Under the pieces are notes generated by a model. The model saw only the letters and a list, made by a program, of their open reading frames with translations. It searched no databases and had not been told where the DNA came from. This document shows positions 20,127 to 30,522 of a stretch of 64,000 nt of DNA, piece after piece. Numbering within the stretch: the first letter of the stretch is position 1; every line of letters begins with the position of its first letter. The position numbers were made by a program, and so were the translations under genes. Location: the sequence record ON529858.1; one strand, written 5' to 3'.

Positions 20127-21126
20127 TCAGTTCTCCTTCAGGATTTCGATAGCGGGGCGGTTGTTGAGGACCTTGCGGACGGAGCCCACCATTCCGAGAG
20201 CAAGGGAGATCAGCCCGATCGCCAGCATCAGGCCGCCGGGGAAGATCACGAAGATCGCCCAGACGAACCCGAAGTCGATGAACCACGACACCAGGGCGAA
20301 AGCGCCGAAGGTGAGGCTCATCAGGACGGCCGGGAAAAGAAGCACACGCCACATCAGCGGCTTGAAGCGCGGGTCGCGCCAGGGCGTCGGCGTGTGCAGG
20401 GAAAGGAACACCACCGCCGCGAAGAGCAGGACGTAGGTGAGGATCAGGGGTGCGAAGACGCGCATGTCGTCAGGGGACCTTGTTGAGGACGGAGATGATG
20501 TGGCCGGCGTCGCCTTCCAGCGACATGACCATCTTGCTCGCCCGTTCACGGACGCCGACCGGCACGGCGTCGCCCATCTCGGCGATCTCGGCGGCGCGCT
20601 TGGACAGCGCTGCGACTTCGGCGGCGAACGCCGTGACGTCCTCCTTGGCGAGGGCGCGGGCCTGGGCGTTCAGCGCGGCGACGCGCTGGGCGGTGGTCTG
20701 GGGCTTGAACGAGATCGGCGTGACCGAGGTCGTAGCGGGCTTAGCGGCGCGGGTGGCGGGCTTCGAAGTGGTCTTTGCGGGCGCAGTCATGTGTCCTCCT
20801 TTGTTCTGTCGTCGTTCGTGTCATTAGGGGCCAAAATCGACCGTGTCAACACACCGCTTCTTCTATCCACAGGGACCGCCCCGTGGTGGGCGAGCAGCAC
20901 CGCACGGGCGCTACAGGCCAGCAGCGTGCCGCCGTCCTCACCGGAGATGAACCGGGCGACCTCGTTGCCTTGAGCGTCCAGGATCGCCACCGCCTCGGCC
21001 ATGGTCGCTTTGCCGCTCTTGCCTCGCTGGATGCGAAACACGGGCTCGTTGGCCTGCGCCTTGGTGTTGCGGGAGATGACGTGACGGTTGACGTTGACGA
21101 CGACCGTCTTGGGCGTGATGTCCATC
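20127..21126 (-). CDS. Hypothetical genes (20127-~20465 membrane, 20470-20790, 20787-21126)
   Basis: Coupled ORFs. Confidence 0.5.
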
Positions 21127-21204
21127 AGGACCCCTACCAAAAGATGAACAGGAAAGCGCAGGCGGCGATGAATCCGACCGTCTTGAACAGCAGGTCGAGC
21201 GCCT

Positions 21205-22542
21205 TCATACCAGCGTCGCCGGCTTGTAGGTCGCCCGCGTGATCACGGTCTCGGGCTTGCCGTCGCGGCGGTTGGCGCCGTGGCGCTTGACCGTGCCGCG
21301 CACCAGGAAGCGGTCATCCTTCACAGGCTTGAAGGCGCCCGTCGAGAAGTGGACGCAGCGCGTGCCGTCGTCACCGCGCAGGGTGATGATCAGAGTGGTG
21401 CCGAAGTCCGACTGCGTCGCGAAGGTGCGTTCGACCGTGGCGACGAAGTCGACCCGCTGGCCGACCGCCGCCTCCAGGCATTTCGGCTCGGGGCGCGCGG
21501 CCTCGACCACGGCGTCCTCGGCGCGCTTCAGGGCGCGACCGACATACAGGCCCACGCCGGCCACGATGATCGCGGTGCGCTTGGCCTTGGCGTATTCGCA
21601 CGACAGGGCGATGCGCAGGTTGTCGCCGAAGTCGCCGGTGGCGGTCTCGACATAGTCCGACAGGGCGAACAGGTCGATCGGCTCGCACGGGTTGGCGGCG
21701 TGCCAAGCGCGGGCCTCTTCATACTTGCGGCAGACCTTCGAGTCCCAATCCCTGGCGCCTTGCAGCGCAGCGATGTCGTCGAAGATTTTGCCCCGGATGT
21801 CGCGCGAATAGCCGCCGTAGCGCTTGGCCGCGATGTAGGCGACCTTCACCAGCGACTCGACGTGGATGTAAGGCGAGCCGCCCGAGAAGAAGCCTTCCTC
21901 ATCGTCGCCCTGGGACAGCAGCTTGCGGATGGCGTCGCGCGCCAGGATTTCGGACGAGTCCAGGCCCAGGTAGTCGCGCGAGCACTGGCGGCCGATCACG
22001 ACCCGCTGGCCTTCGGCGGTCTCGCACAGGAAGGAGGCGCGGCGGGCGCGGTTCAGGTTGCAGTGGTCGCAGTCCTGCCAGCGGTGGACGAAGGGCTCCA
22101 GTTCCTCGGGCGTGAAGCCGTTCAGGGCGTGGCGGTAGACGGACGTGTTGTCCTCCGCCAGTTCGAACGAACCGATCAGCTTGGCGCCGGTGCCGGCGAC
22201 GGCCGGGGCCTCGATCGTGACCAGGGTCTGGAAGATGATGCGCAGCTTGCCGTCGCGGTCGCGCAGGAACGGGTGCTCCTTGGAGATGCGCTCTTCCGAT
22301 ACGATCACGACCTCGCCACCCCAGCGCTTCAGGCGCTTGGACAGCTTGGCGACGCCCTTGCGCACGTCGACTTCCTTGCCGTCGTCGCAGGTGAGGGTGA
22401 ACCGCTGGCGGCCGTTATCCAGGTCCTCGACCTCGGACACGCGGCCGTAGTTGCGGGTGGGCTCGACTTCATGTCCGTCGGCGCCGGCGGCCTCAAAGGC
22501 TTCGTCGGCAATCTCGTCGGCACGGTGATCAAGATCGAACAT
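21205..22542 (-). CDS. Hypothetical protein with CxxC..C..C..C motif and C-terminal OB-like fold
   Basis: CDHC..C..GRQC and VGQRVDFVATV..GTVKRH; has its own promoter at 22595-22600. Confidence 0.65.
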   Translation of the reverse strand: MFDLDHRADEIADEAFEAAGADGHEVEPTRNYGRVSEVEDLDNGRQRFTLTCDDGKEVDVRKGVAKLSKRLKRWGGEVVIVSEERISKEHPFLRDRDGKLRIIFQTLVTIEAPAVAGTGAKLIGSFELAEDNTSVYRHALNGFTPEELEPFVHRWQDCDHCNLNRARRASFLCETAEGQRVVIGRQCSRDYLGLDSSEILARDAIRKLLSQGDDEEGFFSGGSPYIHVESLVKVAYIAAKRYGGYSRDIRGKIFDDIAALQGARDWDSKVCRKYEEARAWHAANPCEPIDLFALSDYVETATGDFGDNLRIALSCEYAKAKRTAIIVAGVGLYVGRALKRAEDAVVEAARPEPKCLEAAVGQRVDFVATVERTFATQSDFGTTLIITLRGDDGTRCVHFSTGAFKPVKDDRFLVRGTVKRHGANRRDGKPETVITRATYKPATLV

Positions 22543-22574
22543 GGTCGGCTCCTTCGTTGTCGTCGAAGGGTGGT

Positions 22575-22916
22575 TTAGGCGGCTGCTTCGGCCTTGTCAA
22601 CACTCTCGTGACAAGAAAAGTTGGCGACCTCCCGCAGCCAGTCGCCGTGACACCGGCGCGTCGCCCGCTGGCGGTCTCCGGTCCGGCAGTGACAGCAGAG
22701 GTTGAAGCCCCGCAGTTCGCGCCGGACCAGGGCGATGAACTCGATGTCGTCCTTCTTCTCGGCGATGTAGGCTTCGATCACCTCTTCGCGCGTGCCGTCG
22801 ACCCCGATCCTGAACCGGTTGCCATAGGGCGTGCCCCGGCCGATGTATTTGGTCATCGGCGGGAGCCGGCCGGGGAAGTCCGACCGGCTCAGGATTTGAG
22901 GTTCGTCAGCCGGCAT
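22575..22916 (-). CDS. DUF4326-domain protein
   Basis: YIGRGTPYGNRF..TREEVIEAY..LRG.NLCCHC..CHGD.L. Confidence 0.85.
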   Translation of the reverse strand: MPADEPQILSRSDFPGRLPPMTKYIGRGTPYGNRFRIGVDGTREEVIEAYIAEKKDDIEFIALVRRELRGFNLCCHCRTGDRQRATRRCHGDWLREVANFSCHESVDKAEAAA

Positions 22917-23940
22917 CGACCGGTTGACCGTTCTCGACGCCGGCCTTGAACTGGCGCGTCAGGGTGCGGAACAGCTTCGCCATCTCGAACCCCAGGACGG
23001 CGAGACACTGCTTGCCGGCCCAGGCCTGCACCTCCCTGACAAGGGTGCCGGGCTCAGCCTTCTCGTCGGTGGTCGCACGGTCATAGGCGATCAGGCCCAG
23101 CCCCGAGACCGAGCGGCGGTAGGTCCCGTGCGGCGGGAAGAGCCCGCCGGGGGGATGGGCTTCAATGTCGTCGATGAACTTGCAGAAGACATCGGCCTGA
23201 GACTCGGTCATCATGGCGTAGATCGTCGCCGCGCCCTCGCTGACCAACTGCCGGCCCTCGCCGTAGTTCGACACGGGGACGTGCGTCATGTGGATTTGAC
23301 GCTCGGTGGCGTAGTCGTCGCCCGGCGCCGGACGCACCGAGTAGACGGCGTATTTCAGCCCCTGGGCGAGCATCTTGCCATGCAGGCGAACGATGTCGGC
23401 CTTGTCATAGGTGTTGACGACCTCGGTGGTCTCTTCGACAATCTCTGGCATCTTGTGGCCCTTCCGGTTGTTGCAGGGCGAGCACATCGTCTGCAAGTTG
23501 GTGATGTCTTCCGATCCGCCGCGAGCGCGGGGGATGATGTGGTCCTGGGTGAACATGACCTCGGCGCCGTCCTCTCGCGTGCCGTAGAGGTTCATGTGCC
23601 AGAGTTGTTCATCGCATACACGGAACTGCCTGGAGGCCTTGTCGAAGGCCGCCGAGCGCTCCAAGGCGAGGTAGGTCCCCTTCAGACCGCAGGACACGCA
23701 CGCCGGGTTGTCGCGGAAGATGCGGTAGCGGAAGATGCCGGCCTCGATCAGCGGAAAGTCCCAGGCCGCGACGAAGGACGGCTTGTCGGCGAGTTCGTTG
23801 AGCACGGTCGCGAACTCGTCGCCGGCGTAGACCTGGGCGCGCTCATAGATGCCGCCGCGCTTGCCGTTGCGCACGAAGGTGTGGTTGGACGGGTCGGGCG
23901 ACGGAGTCGCGTGCAGGCGGGCGAGTGGGTGGATCGTCAC
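22906..23940 (-). CDS. Protein with internal HNH endonuclease domain
   Basis: CVSCG...TQDHIIPRARGGSEDITNLQTMCSPCNNRKG. Confidence 0.8.
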   Translation of the reverse strand: MTIHPLARLHATPSPDPSNHTFVRNGKRGGIYERAQVYAGDEFATVLNELADKPSFVAAWDFPLIEAGIFRYRIFRDNPACVSCGLKGTYLALERSAAFDKASRQFRVCDEQLWHMNLYGTREDGAEVMFTQDHIIPRARGGSEDITNLQTMCSPCNNRKGHKMPEIVEETTEVVNTYDKADIVRLHGKMLAQGLKYAVYSVRPAPGDDYATERQIHMTHVPVSNYGEGRQLVSEGAATIYAMMTESQADVFCKFIDDIEAHPPGGLFPPHGTYRRSVSGLGLIAYDRATTDEKAEPGTLVREVQAWAGKQCLAVLGFEMAKLFRTLTRQFKAGVENGQPVDAG

Positions 23941-25293
23941 GCGCGGTCGTCCAGCACCACGGCGTCGCCGCCGGCGCGGAGTTCGGCCAGCATGTGGACG
24001 TTGAAGTGGCGGTCGAAGATCGGCTGGTCCTTGAAGCGGAACAGTTCGGCGGCCTCGTGCATCAGGGCGCGCTCGACGGCGGCCCAGGCCGTTTGCACGA
24101 TCTCAGTGTCCGTCATCCAGCGGCTCATCTGCCACTTGCGGCCCTTCCAGTCCATCGGCGCGCCGGTCATGGTGTCAGTGCCTTCGGGACACCTGATCTG
24201 AAGGAAGGCGGTGTCGTCCTCGGGCTTGGCGGCGCCGACGTTGACCAGCAGGAACTCGAATCCCGGATAGGTCACCTTGGCGAGGGTGTCGTAAATCTCT
24301 TCCCAGGAGCGCTTCGTTGGGTTGCGGTCAGGGGCGGCGATGGTGATCTGGTTCATGCTTCGACCAAGTTGTAGGAGGCCACGAGCAGCATGGCGAACAC
24401 ACCTGCCTTGACCTCATCTTCTTCAAAGGCGTCCGAGGCCACTCGGGCGACGATCTTGTCGCCCCGGTAAATCGGGATGTAGAAACGGCCGTCGTCGCGA
24501 TTGACGCGCAGGCCGGCACGCAGCCGCTCGGGCGGCGCGGGCAGACGACGTTGCAGCGCGAGGGCTTGGCTGATGCCGACCTCGGAGCCGCCTGAGACGA
24601 TCGCCTTGTATTCCTGCGGCGTAAGGAGGGGGTCGCCCAGGACCCGGCGGAGGTCGTCGATGTATTCGCCAACCCAGGCCCGGCCCTTGCGCCGCATCTT
24701 GTCGCTGTCGATGTTGCCTCGGGAGAAGACGACGCTCATGCCGCGCGCGTCCGGTCGGCGACCCAGGTCCGGCCCTCGGGCGTCAGGGTCTCCAACTGCT
24801 CTTCGGTCAGCGGCAGGGGCACGCCATCGTTCCCCATGCCGAACCACGACTGGAAGGGCACGGCCGTCATCTCGTTCAGCTTCTCGGCGCCCCAGGTCCC
24901 CAGGATGTGGCAGTCGGTGCGCGAGGTGCCGTATGTGGCGACCTCCGCCGTGCCGTCCTTGTGGACCCCATAGATCAGCACGCCGGTCCGCTCCAGGACC
25001 TCGCCGGGCGCGGCCTTCAGGATGTGGGCGAAATAGTCGGTCGCGATCTCGCGGCTGCGGGGAGATTCGGCCCAGCCCTCGACGCTGCGGGTGGCATCCG
25101 TCTCGTTGAGGTGGAGCGACACCAGGAACTGGAACTTCAGCTTCTTCGCCAGCTTCTGAAGGGCGGCGGCGCGCGTGCGCGGTCCGCTGACCCAGAGCGC
25201 TTTCGCGTCGGCGGCCTTGATGCGGGTGATGGGGCTGTCTTTGACGGTCATGTCAGTCCTCTTGGTCGAACAGGGCGCGTTGCTCGCGGACAT
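23937..25293 (-). CDS. Three hypothetical genes (23937-24356, 24353-~24739, 24736-~25250)
   Basis: Coupled ORFs. Confidence 0.55.
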
Positions 25294-25687
25294 AGGCTCG
25301 GTCGATCTCCAGCATGTCCTCGCCCGTCAGACGATACTTCGGCATCGGGGCGGGCTCGATCGTGCCGACCGGGATGGCGTGGGTGCGGGCGAAGGCGATC
25401 TCGCCCAGGACGCCCTTCGACGTCTGCCAGCCGTCCAGGGTGATGATCCAGAGTTGGTCGCACCGGATCAGCAGGTTCTCGGAGTAGGTCTGCCAGAAGG
25501 CCCAATCGCCCTTGATGGTGTGGCGCCCGACGATGTCGTGGTTCAGCAGCGGGGAGACGGTGATGTCGCCCCGCGCGATCAGCATGGCGTGGGTGGCGCT
25601 GAAGCGCTCCATCCGGTCCTTCACGACTTCGGGGTCGGGGTCGGAATAGGGGGCGCCTAGGTAGATGAGCGGCTTGCGATTGATCAC
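25253..25687 (-). CDS. DUF1937 / nucleoside deoxyribosyltransferase-like protein
   Basis: IYLGAPYS..SPL..H..W..RCD.LW..GW..SKGV..EI.FA. Confidence 0.7.
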   Translation of the reverse strand: MINRKPLIYLGAPYSDPDPEVVKDRMERFSATHAMLIARGDITVSPLLNHDIVGRHTIKGDWAFWQTYSENLLIRCDQLWIITLDGWQTSKGVLGEIAFARTHAIPVGTIEPAPMPKYRLTGEDMLEIDRAYVREQRALFDQED

Positions 25688-25754
25688 GTCTGGTCTCCCT
25701 TGCGTCGTCAGGTCTGTCCTAGACGACGCCGGGAGGTCCTGTCAACACACTAGG

Positions 25755-26990
25755 TCAGGCGATGATGCCAATATCTTCGGCCAGGAGACGGTTCTGGAGC
25801 GTCGCCGGAGACAGCGGCAGTTCGTGAGCGATCTGCGCCAGGAACGGCGCGGGGTCTTGGTCCGGGTGGAAGCGGCGGAACATCTGCTCGGCTTCGCAGG
25901 CGCCGGCGAGGTCGAGGAAGGCGCGCTTGTCGACGCGACCGGGACGCATCAGCGCGGGGTCCAGGGCGTCGGCGTGGTTCGAGGTGATGAAGAGCAGGCG
26001 GCCGTCGCGCGAGGCGATGCCGTCGATCGCATTCAGCAGGCCCGAAAGGGTGATCCCGCCGAACGCCTCTTCCATGGCCTCGCCGGCGCCCTTCTTCTCC
26101 TTGGGCTTCTGGTGCTTGTCAGGATCGCGGGCTTCTGAGGCCTTGATGGCGTCGATGTCTTCGATCACGACGACGCCCGAACCGGCCTCGTTGATCGCGG
26201 CCTGGAGCCCGTTGTCGCCCGAGACGGCGGAGGGGTTGATGATGTAGATGGCCCGGCCGATGTGCGAGGCGATGGCGAAGATGAAGGTCGTCTTGCCCGT
26301 GCCGGGAGGCCCCTCAAAGGAGTAGCCGCGACGGTAGGGCACGCCGCGCGCGGCATACCACTGCTTGCGCGCCAGGAACCGCTCGACGTCGGCGATGACG
26401 CCCGCCTTCAGCGCCTTGTTCAGGTAGACGGTGTCGAGGCTGCGCTTGGGCCGGCGCTCGACCAGGGTGTAGCTGTTGCCGGTCCACAGGAAGACGGGGA
26501 TGGAGTTCTCATCTTCGTTGACGTTGCGGCTCTTGGCGATCAGGTCGTGGAGCGGCTGCTGCGAGCGGCCGAACGTCATGATCGTCAGGGTCTGCTTGCG
26601 CTTGTTGGTGAAGCCGTCCGACTTGCCCTCTTCGATCGAGCGGCGCACGAAGAACCAGCGCTTGTCGCTGCGGAAGACGTGCAGGCCCGAGCCCGGCGTC
26701 AGTTCGATCTTGGAGCGCTCGGTCTCGTGATCCCACCATTCGGCGACGCCCAGGCGACGCGCCCGCTTGGAGTCGGCGTGCCGGCCGAACCAGATCGAGA
26801 GGTAGTCGTAGGCGCGGTCGCTGTCGTAGACCGTGAGGGTGACGACGCACTGGCTCATGAACAACCGGGCGAGGTGCTGGGGGACCGACTTGGCGTAGGT
26901 CAGCAGCGTGGCGACCAGCGCGGTCGCGATCCCGGCGCCGGCCAGGGCGGAGAAGGCTTGATTGCTGGCAATGAAAGCCTGGAAGTCCAT
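25755..26990 (-). CDS. BCS1-like AAA+ ATPase
   Basis: N-terminal TM segment, BCS1_N-like region (LTPGSGLHVF), RRGYSFEGPPGTGKT, VIEDID, ITLSGLLNAIDG and LDPALMRPGRVD. Confidence 0.85.
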   Translation of the reverse strand: MDFQAFIASNQAFSALAGAGIATALVATLLTYAKSVPQHLARLFMSQCVVTLTVYDSDRAYDYLSIWFGRHADSKRARRLGVAEWWDHETERSKIELTPGSGLHVFRSDKRWFFVRRSIEEGKSDGFTNKRKQTLTIMTFGRSQQPLHDLIAKSRNVNEDENSIPVFLWTGNSYTLVERRPKRSLDTVYLNKALKAGVIADVERFLARKQWYAARGVPYRRGYSFEGPPGTGKTTFIFAIASHIGRAIYIINPSAVSGDNGLQAAINEAGSGVVVIEDIDAIKASEARDPDKHQKPKEKKGAGEAMEEAFGGITLSGLLNAIDGIASRDGRLLFITSNHADALDPALMRPGRVDKRAFLDLAGACEAEQMFRRFHPDQDPAPFLAQIAHELPLSPATLQNRLLAEDIGIIA

Positions 26991-27007
26991 GGGCGGGGTC
27001 CGGACGC

Positions 27008-27042
27008 AAAAAGGGGTCCGCACGTTAACCACGCCGGACCCC
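27008..27042 (-). terminator. Intrinsic terminator overlapping a promoter
   Basis: Stem GGGGTCCG/CGGACCCC followed by TTTTT on the minus strand; TTGACA at 27052-27047. Confidence 0.7.
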
Positions 27043-27082
27043 TCAGTGTCAATATCCGCGACGTATTAGGTCGCGGGACCCG

Positions 27083-28621
27083 TCAGACGTTGGTGGTCCA
27101 GCGGTCCAGGCCGTCACCGGTGGCCTCGACCTGTTCGACGTAGTTGCCAGCGGCCAGCTTCTTCAGCGCCTTGGCGGTCTGGGTTTCGGTCAGCCCGGCG
27201 GCGGCGGCGACCTCGATCACGGTGAAGCCCGAATCATTGGCTTCGACCCCGACGCGGGTCATCAGGGCCTGGAATCCCTTCAGCACCTGACCACGGGGCG
27301 ACAGACGGAACTCGTCGTCTTCCTCCTTGACCACGCCGTCATTGACGAAGTGGGCGAGGACGTCAGCGAACTGCTCGGGCGCCAAAGGCACGCCGAAGGC
27401 CCGCATCAGGGTCTGGGCGTCCTGGCTCTCGGGCGAGAGGTGCTTGAGCAGGAGATTGAAGCCCAGGCTCATGACGCCGACGTAGGCGCTGCTCTTGACT
27501 TCCGCCTTGGACGGGGGAGGCGTGAAGTTCTCCAGCGCCACCATGGCGTCGAGGAAGGCTTCAGCGTCCAGGTCGTCGAACGTCTGGCACATGCGCTCGC
27601 GGTCCTCGCCCTTGAGGCGAGCCGCGCAGCCGTTGGCGATCGCCGCGTGCTGGGCGTGGTTGTCGCCCGACCAGACGTCGGCCAGCAGTTCGAACAGGGC
27701 CAGCGGCCCTTGGTGGACGTGGAAGCCGAACGTATGGTCCGGATCATTCGCCACTGCGACCTTCACCGCCTCGCGCACTTCGGCGAGGTTCTGGCCCGGC
27801 TTGAACACGCCGGGGATCAGGGGCTCTTCGCCGCCGACGCCATGGGGGAAGGCCTCGCCGAACATCTCGCGCAGCACGTCCTCAAACGACTGCGGTTGCT
27901 GCGCCCGCTGGCGGGGAGAGAGCCGGCCGCCGAACAGGTGTTCGAAGATGGCGTCCAGGCCCAGGCCCGAATCACCCTCGACTTCATCCTCGGCGACCTC
28001 GCCCGCCGAGACGTAGCCCGTCTCCGCCATGACCAGCTTCAGGGTCTCATCGCTCTTGATGATCTTCAGCGTGCCGATATGGGCGGTGTCCAGGCCGTCC
28101 AACGCCGCCTTGATGACGCGGTCGTAGAGGATCGTGCCGCCGTGCGTCAGATGGGCGGGGACCTCGGCCAGCAGGACGTAGCCGTCCAGCGAATCATCGG
28201 CGACCTCGGCATCCAGGTCCACGACGGCGTCGGCGCCGCGCACGGTCTCGACGGCTTCGGCTTCCTGCTCGGCCGACAGGGTCGGGGCGGGCTCGGGCTG
28301 ATCCGGAGAGAAGGTCAGGGGTTCGCGGTCGTTGAGCGCGTCGGTCGGGGCGGTCAGGTCGCCGTCCAGGGTCGTGTCGGTCATGATGTATTCCTCGTGG
28401 CGGTAGGTGTGAATGAAGTGGGTGGTGGTCTCGTCGTCTTTCTGAACCGTCACCGTGGCGGTGGTCCAGGTTTTCCTCGTGTCCCAGGCTCCGGGAGCAG
28501 GAGAATAGGCGCCCATGCCGGCGAGGTTCGCGGGCGGCGTGGGACTGTCGCTTCGCACCGAGTAGCTGAAGCGCAGGAAGTGGGCGATGGTGCCGTCGGC
28601 GGTCGGGGTCTTGACGAACAT
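27083..28621 (-). CDS. Hypothetical protein with C-terminal wHTH-like segments; second in-frame start at 28384
   Basis: Long ORF; GAGGAA RBS before the internal MTDTT. Confidence 0.6.
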   Translation of the reverse strand: MFVKTPTADGTIAHFLRFSYSVRSDSPTPPANLAGMGAYSPAPGAWDTRKTWTTATVTVQKDDETTTHFIHTYRHEEYIMTDTTLDGDLTAPTDALNDREPLTFSPDQPEPAPTLSAEQEAEAVETVRGADAVVDLDAEVADDSLDGYVLLAEVPAHLTHGGTILYDRVIKAALDGLDTAHIGTLKIIKSDETLKLVMAETGYVSAGEVAEDEVEGDSGLGLDAIFEHLFGGRLSPRQRAQQPQSFEDVLREMFGEAFPHGVGGEEPLIPGVFKPGQNLAEVREAVKVAVANDPDHTFGFHVHQGPLALFELLADVWSGDNHAQHAAIANGCAARLKGEDRERMCQTFDDLDAEAFLDAMVALENFTPPPSKAEVKSSAYVGVMSLGFNLLLKHLSPESQDAQTLMRAFGVPLAPEQFADVLAHFVNDGVVKEEDDEFRLSPRGQVLKGFQALMTRVGVEANDSGFTVIEVAAAAGLTETQTAKALKKLAAGNYVEQVEATGDGLDRWTTNV

Positions 28622-29091
28622 CAGGGACGAATGCCTCTCATGAGGGCCGTCGCGCGGCCGAGTTGGGTGAGGGTGTAGAAGGTGAAGCCGGTCGGGCTCT
28701 TCTCGATGGCGCCGCGACGCAGCAAGCCGGCCGCGTGCAGCCGGTTCGCCGGCTGATAGAGGTCGTCCTGGAAGCGGACCTTGAACTCGCCGTCCCGGAG
28801 GCAGACGGCCAGGATCGTCCGTTCCTCACGGGTGTCGCCTTCCGTCACATCCACCCGGCTCAACTGCTGGATGTCGATGTCGAAGACGTGCCGATCTTCG
28901 CCCGGCCCGTTCTCAGGCAGGTCGACGATCGCCAGGGAGTTGTAGGTCCCGTTGATCACGGCGAGGCAGACGCCATAGCGGACCTCATCGCCCGGCTTGT
29001 AGTGGAAGAAGGGGCTGACGCGGGTCGCGACCACGCGGCCCTTCCATTCGTCATGCCAGCGCAGTTGCGCCTCGTGAGTCAGCATCGGCAT
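28621..29091 (-). CDS. Hypothetical protein
   Basis: 156-aa coupled ORF. Confidence 0.55.
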   Translation of the reverse strand: MPMLTHEAQLRWHDEWKGRVVATRVSPFFHYKPGDEVRYGVCLAVINGTYNSLAIVDLPENGPGEDRHVFDIDIQQLSRVDVTEGDTREERTILAVCLRDGEFKVRFQDDLYQPANRLHAAGLLRRGAIEKSPTGFTFYTLTQLGRATALMRGIRP

Positions 29092-30521
29092 CAGACGGTC
29101 ACCTGGATTTCATCGTGGACGACGCCGGTGACGACGCCGCGCAGCATCTCGGTCATGAAGGCGCCCACCGCGTCGGTGGTGGCGGCGAGATGGACGCGGC
29201 GGTGCATGGCCTCGGTCGCGTCATACGCCGCCATCATCTCTTCCGATGCGACCATCTGGCGAATGAAGTTGCCGGCCTCGACCGGGGTGACGTAGCTGTC
29301 GGCAGGATCATAGGCGGGCACGGTCACGCCCTTGAAGTGGACGTATTTGTCGTCCTCCTTCGCCTCGACCTTCTCCAGGCGGTAGGGTGCGTCTTCGTTC
29401 TCGTCGTGCAGCTTCGCCATGGCGGCGATGTCGTCCAGGATGACCACCTCGGCGCGACGTCCCTTCGGTCGGTTCAGCCGCGAGACCGCCTGCATCTTGT
29501 CCAGGCTTGTTTTGAAATCGTCTAGGCTGTTTTGCACCGACAGCTTCAGGTCCTTGATCACAACCTCATTGGCCTTCACCTCGGACATGATCGCTCTGGG
29601 GTAGCGCAGGGCGTTGACCTTCTTGGCCTTGGCGGACTCGTCGTGGTTGCCCGTCAGGCCGGCGGAGTAGGTCACGGTGGTTTCGCCCGTCACGCCTCTG
29701 ACGACAAGCTGGGACTTGTGGGCGGTCACCTTCACGCCGGTGGTCTTCGCCTTGTGCTGGGCGCGCAGCTTGGCGACCAGTTCGCTCTTGTCCTGCTTCA
29801 CCGCGTTCATCTGCTTGAGGCGCTGCTGGTCGAAGTCCTTGGACCCGATCTTGGCGCGCGGCGCGTCCTTGTCGCGGGGCGTGAACCCCGACATGAAGTG
29901 ATCCATGGCGTCGCGCTGATAGCCGTAGAGCATCCCTTGGAGCGTGTTGGGCGCGCTCTTCGGGCGTCGCTTCTTGACCAGTTCCTCCAGGGTCTTGCTG
30001 AATCCCTTCGATGTGATGTCGAAGAAGCTGGGGAGGTCGTAACCCCTGAAGCCGGGGGCGTAACGAACCGAGGTGTCTTCGCCGGCCCAGCACTTGTGCA
30101 GGCCTGGGACCAGCATCTCGAACGCCTCCAGGCGCTCCATCAGCGCGATCTTGCCGTTGTCGAAGATGCCGAACGGTTGTCCGTTGATCTCCTTGGAGTG
30201 CATGGCGTGCGCCATCTCGTGGATCATGCCGCGATCGTTCAGCAGGTCCCATGGGTCGATGATGCCGGCCTTCGACGCGATCATCGCCGCCCAGATCAGC
30301 GCATGGTTCGCGGCGGCGAGTTGGTTCTTCGCCAGCAGGGTCGAGGCCAGGACCGGAGCCTTGAAGAAGGCGGAGTAGCCGTAGGGGTGCGGGTCGTCGC
30401 GGGTCTCGCCCATCCCGCGCAGCGTCAACACCTCGATCAGATGATCGTCGTCGCAGGCGTAGCACTGCGTCGCCAGTGTCTCGCCGTTCGGAATCTTGTA
30501 GCTGGTGCGATACAGGGGCAA
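29091..30521 (-). CDS. Hypothetical protein carrying helicase-, terminase- and PolA-like motif snippets
   Basis: TTG start at 30521 with GGAGG RBS; ends VVHDEIQVTV. Confidence 0.6.
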   Translation of the reverse strand: MPLYRTSYKIPNGETLATQCYACDDDHLIEVLTLRGMGETRDDPHPYGYSAFFKAPVLASTLLAKNQLAAANHALIWAAMIASKAGIIDPWDLLNDRGMIHEMAHAMHSKEINGQPFGIFDNGKIALMERLEAFEMLVPGLHKCWAGEDTSVRYAPGFRGYDLPSFFDITSKGFSKTLEELVKKRRPKSAPNTLQGMLYGYQRDAMDHFMSGFTPRDKDAPRAKIGSKDFDQQRLKQMNAVKQDKSELVAKLRAQHKAKTTGVKVTAHKSQLVVRGVTGETTVTYSAGLTGNHDESAKAKKVNALRYPRAIMSEVKANEVVIKDLKLSVQNSLDDFKTSLDKMQAVSRLNRPKGRRAEVVILDDIAAMAKLHDENEDAPYRLEKVEAKEDDKYVHFKGVTVPAYDPADSYVTPVEAGNFIRQMVASEEMMAAYDATEAMHRRVHLAATTDAVGAFMTEMLRGVVTGVVHDEIQVTV

Positions 30522-30522
30522 G

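Noticed and set aside
27025-27028. TTAA as a CtrA site
   Set aside because: Only a half-site; no TTAA-N7-TTAA.
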